DNA from: a virus
Taxonomy: Duplodnaviria > Heunggongvirae > Uroviricota > Caudoviricetes
DNA: 64,000 bases
Reading direction: 5' to 3' (one strand)
Virus record (IMG/VR): IMGVR_UViG_3300029747_000004
Positions 50,955 through 57,683 of the stretch are shown one piece after another (the stretch's first letter is position 1; every line of letters begins with the position of its first letter). The position numbers were made by a program, and so were the translations under genes. A model generated the notes under the pieces. That model had not been told where the DNA came from, ran no database searches, and saw only the letters and a list, made by a program, of their open reading frames with translations.

Positions 50955-51104
50955 GAACCCGTAGCTCAGTTAGTAGAGCATCGGACTTGGGATATTAACC
51001 TAGCGGTTAGGCAGGTGGCTGTTAACCACCCAAGGGAGGTTCGACCCCTTCATATCCCGCCATTAATCCGAGGGTCGTGGGAGCAAAGCCCACCGGGTTT
51101 ACCA
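50955..51104 (+). tRNA. tRNA-Lys(UUU)-like gene interrupted between anticodon nt 34/35 by a complete tRNA-Asn gene; atypical D-loop (AGTTAGTAGA) and T-loop (AGCAAAG)
   Basis: Acceptor GAACCCG/CGGGTTT, D-stem GCTC/GAGC, anticodon stem TCGGA/TCCGA, T-stem GTGGG/CCCAC, ACCA end; after removing 50989-51062 the loop reads CTTTTAA. Confidence 0.4.
50989..51062 (+). tRNA. tRNA-Asn(GUU), nested inside the anticodon loop of the tRNA-Lys-like gene
   Basis: Acceptor GGGATAT/ATATCCC plus GCCA, D-stem CCTA/TAGG, anticodon arm GGTGG-CTGTTAA-CCACC, T-arm GGAGG-TTCGACC-CCTTC. Confidence 0.6.
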
Positions 51105-51360
51105 GCAGAGAATTAAGCTACGGCTTCTCTGAATTCCCAACATACCGCCATGCGTGGGTGAGAAGAGAAGAAGGCGGCCGAAGCTCAATGGGAGAATAGA
51201 GCATTTTAATCTTAGCACGGCCCGTGCGCGGGACATCTTTCGAGATGAAAAAAGGGTATTGCGGGGAAGCTCCCCGCACAATGCGGGATTGATGTAATGA
51301 TAGCATAAGTGCCTTCCAAGCATTTTGTGCCAGTTTGAATCTGGTATCTCGCTCCAATAT

Positions 51361-51527
51361 AGTCGTGTAGCCAAGTGGTAAGGCACGGGACTTCGTAGAA
51401 TAGTTTAAAAGTAAAACACTCTATCGAAGGATAGACCTTTACTGGATAACAAAGAGATGTTTGTGCAAGACAAACTTCTACGTCCATGACTCCCGGATCG
51501 TTGGTTCGAACCCAACCACGACTGCCA
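51361..51527 (+). tRNA. tRNA-Gln(UUG) gene interrupted between nt 34/35 by a 93-nt class-II tRNA-like insert
   Basis: Acceptor AGTCGTG/CACGACT plus GCCA, D-loop AAGTGGTAA, anticodon stem CGGGA/TCCCG, T-arm GTTGG-TTCGAAC-CCAAC; loop after removing insert = CTTTGAC. Confidence 0.45.
51394..51486 (+). tRNA. nested class-II (long variable arm) tRNA-like gene, anticodon uncertain (loop CGAAGGA)
   Basis: Acceptor CGTAGAA/TTCTACG plus TCCA, D-arm GTTT-AAAAGTA-AAAC, anticodon stem TCTAT/ATAGA, variable arm CTTT..AAAG, T-arm GTTTG-TGCAAGA-CAAAC. Confidence 0.4.
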
Positions 51528-51559
51528 GATTTATTTAGCAGTAAAAGAAGTGATGACGT

Positions 51560-52327
51560 TTGAGTAATATGACAGATGGAAATGTTGGCAAGAGAATCGG
51601 AATTTATGATGTACTATATGAATGTGATGAAAAGCGTAACGATGGGCATAAGTTATATCATGTAAGGTGTGTATTTTGTGGTTGGGAAACTGACATGCAA
51701 CTCAGTGATGCAAAGAGAGCTGCTAAATGTACACATTACAATAAATTAACACAAGAACAAAAAGATGCTTGGTACGATAAAAATAAAAAGCAGTGTTTGT
51801 ATTGCGGAAAAGACATTCCATTTAATGAAAGATGTCAAAGTGAATATGTAATAAAAAATTTTTGTAATCAAAGTTGCGCTGCATCTTATAACAACAAGGG
51901 AGTTAGAAGAAATCACAAAGATGGTAGGGACTATAATGTAAAATATTGTTTAAATTGTGGAAAAGAGATCTCATATAAAAATAAATATTGCTCTTCTAAG
52001 TGCCTGCAAGATTATCGGCATAAGCAATACATAGAACGGTGGAAGAATAGCATTGAAGACGGAATAGTGGGAGAATATCAAATTTCAGACCACATTCGAA
52101 GATATTTGTTTGAAAAATATGATAATAGATGCTCAATATGTGGATGGAACAAAATTAATGAATTTACTGGAAATGTACCGCTTGAAGTCCATCATATAGA
52201 CGGAAATTACACTAATAATACAGAAAGCAATCTGCAATTGCTTTGTCCAAACTGCCATTCCCTGACGAAAACCTACAAAGCAGGAAACATAGGAAGTGGC
52301 AGAAAAGGACGTCAAAAATATAATTAA
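51560..52327 (+). CDS. HNH homing endonuclease (paralogue of 53833..54597)
   Basis: CSICGW...EVHHIDGNYTNNTESNLQLLCPNCH; shares N-terminal block with 53833 product. Confidence 0.7.
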   Translation: MSNMTDGNVGKRIGIYDVLYECDEKRNDGHKLYHVRCVFCGWETDMQLSDAKRAAKCTHYNKLTQEQKDAWYDKNKKQCLYCGKDIPFNERCQSEYVIKNFCNQSCAASYNNKGVRRNHKDGRDYNVKYCLNCGKEISYKNKYCSSKCLQDYRHKQYIERWKNSIEDGIVGEYQISDHIRRYLFEKYDNRCSICGWNKINEFTGNVPLEVHHIDGNYTNNTESNLQLLCPNCHSLTKTYKAGNIGSGRKGRQKYN

Positions 52328-52380
52328 ACAATACAAAATGAATGGTTGGCAAACCAGTTTAAACAAAGCTTCCACAGCAT

Positions 52381-52464
52381 GCCGTGGTCGCATAGTGGTC
52401 GAGTGCATCAGTTTTGTAATCTGACAGCGAAAGCTCATCATAGGTTCGAATCCTATTCACGGCT
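52381..52464 (+). tRNA. class-II tRNA (84 nt, long variable arm), anticodon ambiguous (loop TTTTGTAAT; GUA/Tyr or UGU)
   Basis: Acceptor GCCGTGG/TCACGGC, D-loop TAGTGGTCGAG, variable arm AGC-GAAA-GCT, T-arm ATAGG-TTCGAAT-CCTAT. Confidence 0.5.
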
Positions 52465-52538
52465 GACTACAATTCCTCACCTTCACGTGGTGTAGTTGTT
52501 TAAACTAACGAGGAAATTAACAACGGAGGTACAAAACA

Positions 52539-52661
52539 ATGACTAAGACCGTAGAAATGCTTCAGGCACGAATCAATCTTCTAAAGCAGCGCGATCCTGT
52601 AGGAAATGCAAATATCATTCGAAAGATCCAGCGTGAAATTCGAAAACTAGAAGGAAATTAA
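52539..52661 (+). CDS. small hypothetical protein (40 aa) between tRNAs
   Basis: RBS AACGGAGGTACAAAACAATG. Confidence 0.25.
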   Translation: MTKTVEMLQARINLLKQRDPVGNANIIRKIQREIRKLEGN

Positions 52662-52676
52662 ATAACATGGTGGGAT

Positions 52677-52760
52677 GGCAGAGTTTGATTTAATGCACTA
52701 GATTCGAAATCTAGCGTGCTTTTAGGAGCACCGTGGGTTTAAATCCCACTCCTGCCGCCA
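52677..52760 (+). tRNA. tRNA-Ser(CGA), class II, encoded CCA; atypical D-arm and TTTAAAT T-loop
   Basis: Anticodon arm CTAGA-TTCGAAA-TCTAG, variable arm GTGCT-tttagg-AGCAC, T-arm GTGGG-TTTAAAT-CCCAC, 3' TCCTGCC-G-CCA. Confidence 0.5.
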
Positions 52761-53296
52761 GAGGGTTGGTGTATCCTGCGGAACTACTGCAAACACCGAG
52801 GCAACAGGCAATGTCTCGCTATGAAAATAGCAAAGATGTGGAACCGGATTTTACTAAAGCATAGTTCAGGACAATATGCGGAGTTAGTCGGAATTAAATG
52901 AGGAAACCCTGAGATCTACACATCAACCTGTTATGGGGGTAGGCTCCGAGAGCTAGCAGGAGAGCAAGGGCCTGTGGAAGTTTGGTTTGACTCCAGATGC
53001 CTCCACCACAACCGCAAGATGTGTTATGCGGTATAAAAATGACGAAACATCCTTTAAGGGTAGGGGATCTGAAATGTGAATCCAGCCACTTAAAGTGAGT
53101 CCTATAGCCCATGATACTAACGGACTATGCGTGAATGGGTGATTTATCACTCTAAAAAGTATCTGAAACGCTAGGCAAATTTGTTCGATGATAGTAAGCG
53201 CTACGCTACTATATAGTGTTTACCGGAGAATCCCTGTTGGTTATCGCTTATCCACAAGGTAGCTAGGATTTAATCTGAAAGAAAAAGCGAATTTAT
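52761..53296 (+). ncRNA. ORF-free GC-elevated block between tRNAs: candidate large structured ncRNA(s) (for example ROOL/GOLLD-type, group I intron, or tRNA-like modules ending in CCACCA)
   Basis: ~530 nt with no credible ORF on either strand, GC well above genome average, multiple GC helices, tRNA-like 3' end GCCTCCACCA at ~52985-53007. Confidence 0.3.
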
Positions 53297-53448
53297 TGTC
53301 CACTAGCTCAATTTGGTGAGAGCCACGGCCTTGATGGATTCATTTCGGGATAGTGTAGTTCAAATCTATGATCCATCACAAATAAGCCGTAAGCCCTAAC
53401 AAGGCATAGTCTGGGTTCGAGGCCCAGGTGGACTACCAGCCATGCTGA
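53297..53448 (+). tRNA. tRNA-like gene (loop CTT/ATAA if spliced, anticodon UAU?) interrupted after nt 34 by a ~50-nt acceptor/T-arm minihelix insert; encoded ACCA
   Basis: Acceptor TGTCCAC/GTGGACT, D-arm GCTC-AATTTGGTGA-GAGC, anticodon stem ACGGC/GCCGT, T-arm CTGGG-TTCGAGG-CCCAG; insert GATGGAT...ATCCATC with TTCAAAT loop. Confidence 0.35.
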
Positions 53449-53650
53449 CTTCGCATGTAAAACCAGTTGAGAAGAAACTGCTCGAAAGGTTATATAATAC
53501 GCAAATGGTGGCTGTCCGACGGCGCGGTTCGAGTCCGCAAGCTATAGGTTATATAATTCAAGTTAGTCTTCCGAGGCAATCCGAGTTCATCACGACTTTA
53601 TTAGAGTGATTGCTAAAGGATAAACGCAGGTGATGCTGTTAGTAGTCCAC

Positions 53651-53680
53651 GGTAGGTTCGGAGATACCCTACCATATTTT
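53651..53680 (+). terminator. hairpin GGTAGG-loop-CCTACC followed by ATATTTT (terminator-like) just before tRNA-Arg
   Basis: Direct reading. Confidence 0.35.
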
Positions 53681-53682
53681 AT

Positions 53683-53757
53683 GCAAGTATCGTCTAACGG
53701 ACAGGACATGAAGCTTCTACCTTCAGAATGAGAGTTCGACCCTTTCTACTTGCGCCA
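53683..53757 (+). tRNA. tRNA-Arg(UCU), encoded CCA
   Basis: Acceptor GCAAGTA/TACTTGC-G-CCA, anticodon arm TGAAG-CTTCTAC-CTTCA, T-arm GAGAG-TTCGACC-CTTTC. Confidence 0.6.
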
Positions 53758-53832
53758 TATTTGATTGTAGTATTAGTAGATACAAAAAGAGACAAATACG
53801 TCTAATGCACAATCTAATTAATTTAATTAGAG

Positions 53833-54597
53833 GTGTATTACAATATGAGAGTGGACCCGAATGCACACATAGGAGAACAATATGGAATATATGTAATTAA
53901 AAGCGTATCTGAAGAAAAAGACAAGTATGGACATTATATTTATAATGGTGTATGTAGTGAATGCGGATATGTTCATTCTGCAAAGTTGGATTATTTTAAA
54001 CGGAAACAGATCAATACATGTACTCACTTTAGTAAATTAACACAAGATCAGAAAGACGCCTGGTACGAAAAGAATAAAAAAGTTTGCTTATGTTGTGGGG
54101 AATATATTCCAATGGGCAATAAAACATTCTTTGAATATAAAATATCGAGATTTTGTAATCAAAATTGTGGCGCAATTTTCGCAAACAAAAATACAAAAAA
54201 GAAAACATATTATTGTCAAAAATGTGGTAAACCGATTGGATATGGCCATGATCAGTGTGGCAATAAACAGTTATGCGATGATTGCAACCCTTTTCGAGTT
54301 GATTGGGGCTTTATTACATACGGAGAAATGAAAAGCAGAAGAAAATATCAAGTTAATAGTAGAATCAGAGAAATTGCAAGAACATTATATAAAAACTCTG
54401 GAAGACCACAGATGTGTATGAATTGTGGGTATGATAAGCACTATGAAATTTGTCATATCAAAGGAATATCAACTCACTCAGATGATACATTTATATCAGA
54501 AATTAATAACATTGATAATTTGATTGCGCTATGTCCAAATTGCCACTGGGAATTCGACCACGGTTTGTTAGACTTGCAAGCGATAACACAATCTTAA
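53833..54597 (+). CDS. HNH homing endonuclease (paralogue of 51560..52327)
   Basis: CMNCGYDKHYEICHIKG...LIALCPNCHWEFDHG. Confidence 0.7.
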   Translation: MYYNMRVDPNAHIGEQYGIYVIKSVSEEKDKYGHYIYNGVCSECGYVHSAKLDYFKRKQINTCTHFSKLTQDQKDAWYEKNKKVCLCCGEYIPMGNKTFFEYKISRFCNQNCGAIFANKNTKKKTYYCQKCGKPIGYGHDQCGNKQLCDDCNPFRVDWGFITYGEMKSRRKYQVNSRIREIARTLYKNSGRPQMCMNCGYDKHYEICHIKGISTHSDDTFISEINNIDNLIALCPNCHWEFDHGLLDLQAITQS

Positions 54598-54599
54598 CT

Positions 54600-54628
54600 T
54601 GACAGAATACGGAAATCATGATACAATA
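54600..54628 (+). promoter_or_regulatory. sigma70-type promoter feeding tRNA cluster 2 (duplicate of 50795 module)
   Basis: ttgacagaatacggaaatcatgatacaat. Confidence 0.45.
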
Positions 54629-54721
54629 ACTACAGTTCAAGGGACAGTACAAAATGAATGGAAAGGCGCATGCAGCAAATGTTTAAGTTTAATATTTTGG
54701 TAAAATATGAAATAAACGCGT

Positions 54722-54844
54722 CTTGAGATATGGGAACGTCTGGACGACAGAATAAAGTGCACGGAGTGGGCGGCACGGACAGCAAATTTACATATGAAAT
54801 TACGGCATTAATTTTACTCCTTGGTTCAATTCCAAGGGTTCCCA
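54722..54844 (+). ncRNA. ~120-nt tRNA-like RNA (acceptor-like GGGAAC/GTTCCC closing helix, T-arm CCTTGG-TTCAATT-CCAAGG), Y-RNA/YrlA-like candidate
   Basis: Direct reading of complementary ends and canonical T-arm; long internal region with repeated CACGGA. Confidence 0.3.
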
Positions 54845-54864
54845 AATCCAACTAATTTTAATAT

Positions 54865-54992
54865 GCCGGTGGTAGCTTAACTGGATAGAGCGCGTACATC
54901 ACACAACGTGAAATGAAAATTTCGCGCACAGCAATTGAACAAGATAGGGCTGTTAACCCCGAGGTTGTTGGTTCGAGTCCAACACACCGGCA
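54865..54992 (+). tRNA. long tRNA-like gene (~125 nt) with internal GNRA-capped hairpin insert (CGTGAAAT-GAAA-ATTTCGCG); anticodon unresolved (GGGCTGTTAACCCC suggests GUU)
   Basis: Acceptor CCGGTGG/ACACCGG, D-arm GCTT-AACTGGATA-GAGC, T-arm GTTGG-TTCGAGT-CCAAC. Confidence 0.35.
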
Positions 54993-55275
54993 CAAGAGAA
55001 TAAAAGGCACTCACAGCAAATTTATATTAGAAGATTATAATGTGGTTTTATAGTAAGATAATAAGTGCCTTGATTATTGAAATGATAGAGAGACTAGCAG
55101 CAACTTTATTTAAAAAAGATATAAGTTATTATTGGTTCTGCCAGAAATGATATTTATGGTCTCTCGAAAAAAAATAAAATCTCCAAAGACATAAACAGCA
55201 ATCTTATATAACGACCTGACTTTTAACCAGACTACGTAAATGTGTGTCTTGAGATTTTAGAAATAAAATCAGATA

Positions 55276-56844
55276 ATGGAGGAAAGAGCAATGGAATTTA
55301 TGAACGCAGTAAAGCAGACTCTAAACAATGAATACAATATGTCCATCACTGAGAACGGAGCTGTTGGATTTAGAACTACTGGCAAGGAACTACTTGATCT
55401 TAATTTTGCGGTTGCTTCTCTTCGTAAGATGAGTGATGAGGAAGTAACTAAGAGATTTATGAAAGCATTTTGTGAGAATAAGATGCTGGCTATGCGTTGG
55501 TTGTTTTATGCTAGAGATGCAAGACAGGGGATCGGTGAGCGCAGACTATTTAGGGTTGTTATGAAACATCTTGTAGAATCTAATCCTGAAATGGTTATCC
55601 CTGTTATCAATCTGATTCCTGAATACGGTAGGTATGATGATTTGTGGTGTCTACTTGACAACGAGGAATCTGCAAAAGTTATATATCAGATTGTAGATAA
55701 ACAGCTTAAAGAAGATTGGGATAATATGAGTACTGGTAAGCCCATTTCTCTCACAGCCAAGTGGATGCCGTCAATTAACGCATCCTCTGAAAAGACTAAG
55801 GAATATGGTAAGAAGCTCTGCAAGGCACTTCACATGTCCGAACGTGAATATCGCAAGGCTCTCAGCAAGCTTCGTAAGTATCTCGATGTCGTTGAAGTTA
55901 AGATGTCCAACAAGGATTGGTCTGAAATCAAGTATGAAACAGTTCCTTCTCGTGCAAATCTTATCTATAACAGCGCATTCCTCAGAAATGATGAAGTACG
56001 TCGTAGGGAATATCTTGGAAAGCTTGAAAAAGGAGAAACGAAGATTAATGCGTCAACGCTTTTCCCCCATGATATTGTTCATAAATATGCTATTCACTAT
56101 GGGTGGAAATGTAGTCTAAATCAGAAGGACGCAACTATTGAGGCTCTGTGGAGGGCTCTGCCAGATACTGTAAACGGTTGCAGTAACACTATCGTTGTTG
56201 CTGATGGTTCTGGTAGCATGATAACTCAGGTTGACCGTAGTTCCAGTGTGACGGCACTTGAGGTTGCAAACGCACTTGCGATTTATTTTGCAGAACATTC
56301 TTCTGGTCAGTTTAAGGACAAGTACATTACTTTCTCTGAACGTCCACAAATCGTTGATTTCAGTAATGCCACTTCACTCCATGATAAGCTGCAGATTGCA
56401 CTGACACATGATGAGTGTGCGAATACCAATATTGAGAAGGTATTTGATCTGATTCTTGATACTGCGATTAAGAATAGAATGAAGCAGGAAAATCTTCCTC
56501 AGAATATTCTGATTATCTCAGATCAGGAATTTGATAGATGCGCTTCCTGTGGAAATAATAGATCATCGTGGGATTTTAAGAAACCGAACCAGAGGCTGTT
56601 CGATGTGATTGCTCAGAAGTATGCTAATGCAGGATACTCAATCCCAAGGTTAGTATTCTGGAACGTTAATAGTCGAACTGGCACAATCCCTGTAAAGGAA
56701 AATGAACTTGGTGTAGCACTTGTTAGCGGATTCTCTGTTAACATCGCCAAGATGGTTTTGAGCAACAAGCTTGATCCTTATGAGTGCCTACTCGAAACTC
56801 TGAACTCTGAGCGCTATGCTCCAATTGAAGCTGCGCTGAGTTAA
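55276..56844 (+). CDS. rsr: Ro60/Rsr orthologue (TROVE domain plus vWA domain with MIDAS)
   Basis: 522 aa; N-terminal helical region with LFYARDARQGIGERRLF; C-terminal VVADGSGSM (DxSxS MIDAS), ITFSE, ILIISDQEF, RLVFWNVNSRTG...GFSVN colinear with human Ro60 LLAVDVSASM ... VAFSDE ... FIVFTDNETF ... KLIVCGMTSNG...GFDTG. Confidence 0.65.
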   Translation: MEERAMEFMNAVKQTLNNEYNMSITENGAVGFRTTGKELLDLNFAVASLRKMSDEEVTKRFMKAFCENKMLAMRWLFYARDARQGIGERRLFRVVMKHLVESNPEMVIPVINLIPEYGRYDDLWCLLDNEESAKVIYQIVDKQLKEDWDNMSTGKPISLTAKWMPSINASSEKTKEYGKKLCKALHMSEREYRKALSKLRKYLDVVEVKMSNKDWSEIKYETVPSRANLIYNSAFLRNDEVRRREYLGKLEKGETKINASTLFPHDIVHKYAIHYGWKCSLNQKDATIEALWRALPDTVNGCSNTIVVADGSGSMITQVDRSSSVTALEVANALAIYFAEHSSGQFKDKYITFSERPQIVDFSNATSLHDKLQIALTHDECANTNIEKVFDLILDTAIKNRMKQENLPQNILIISDQEFDRCASCGNNRSSWDFKKPNQRLFDVIAQKYANAGYSIPRLVFWNVNSRTGTIPVKENELGVALVSGFSVNIAKMVLSNKLDPYECLLETLNSERYAPIEAALS

Positions 56845-57081
56845 TAAATCTTAAACCGTGGTCGCTCCACATTCTATAAGGTTATATCAATTTTAGTATT
56901 AATGCTGCATTGGGTGTCGCTCATTCATGTAAGTCAAACATTATCTAGAAATTGTAGTTAGTAATAGAAAATAATCCAAAGGAGGATTTTGCTTATGATT
57001 GTATCTGCTTATTCTGATTTGGAGGACGAGCCGAAGGGCTAGTCTATGTCCCGAGTAAGACATAAAACTGCTCAATTATAT

Positions 57082-57203
57082 GGCCATGTAGCCCAATTGG
57101 AAGAGGCAACAGACCGTCGATAGCCAGAGCGTAGCGAGGTCATCACTTGCATCGACGACCATTAAAATCTGTACAGGTATGGGTTCGAATCCCATTATGG
57201 CCA
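57082..57203 (+). ncRNA. tRNA-like RNA (~120 nt) with a ~50-nt hairpin (CGTCGAT...ATCGACG) in place of/inside the anticodon loop; Y-RNA/YrlA-like or intron-containing tRNA candidate
   Basis: Acceptor GGCCATG/TATGGCC, D-arm GCC-AATTGGAAG-GGC, stem ACAGA/TCTGT, T-arm ATGGG-TTCGAAT-CCCAT. Confidence 0.35.
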
Positions 57204-57361
57204 AAGTAGCAATATCAACAACCTCCACGTGGTGCTACTTGGGTAATGCTAATAGTTGATAGGCGCGTAATGGTGCTGGACTGGCCTGATTGGGGAGAGT
57301 CGTTTCGAATAATCTTCTGTGTGGAGAAGATAAAATACCAATCACCACACATTTATATTAT

Positions 57362-57439
57362 GGCGCGGTAGTCCAACTGGCAGGAGACAAATCACTCAAA
57401 ATGATTACAGTATGGTTTCGAATACCATCCGCGCTACCA
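57362..57439 (+). tRNA. class-I tRNA with anticodon CAA (Leu-type anticodon on a short-variable-arm body; atypical), encoded CCA
   Basis: Acceptor GGCGCGG/CCGCGCT-A-CCA, anticodon arm AATCA-CTCAAAA-TGATT, T-arm ATGGT-TTCGAAT-ACCAT. Confidence 0.45.
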
Positions 57440-57683
57440 AGCTGGGCTGGTTCTAACTACTTCACAAGTCACAGGCTAAAATGTGGTACCTGAAGCAGCG
57501 GTGGTTGTGGCACCTGTGGAATACCGATAAAGAAAAGCCACCATTGACACTGAATCAATGTAAAATAAACTGCAAGTCGGGATACCGGGCGGAAAAGATA
57601 CAGGTATAAGAGGATAAAGAAAAGTTCAGTTAGCATCCTCTGGCGTAGACTGACGCTAAAAGCAACAAAGAAAGGATGTTTTC

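Noticed and set aside
51099-51487. Three overlapping minus-strand ORFs (79-95 aa) across the tRNA cluster
   Set aside because: They overlap confidently folded tRNA genes and GC-rich RNA hairpins, and they have no RBS.
53239-53247. Perfect DnaA-box-like 9-mer TTATCCACA
   Set aside because: It is a single isolated copy inside a GC-rich ncRNA-like block. It is not clustered or paired with an AT-rich unwinding element, so it is most likely chance.
57290-57493. 67-aa plus-strand ORF in the tRNA region
   Set aside because: It overlaps the tRNA at 57362-57439 and other tRNA-like helices.
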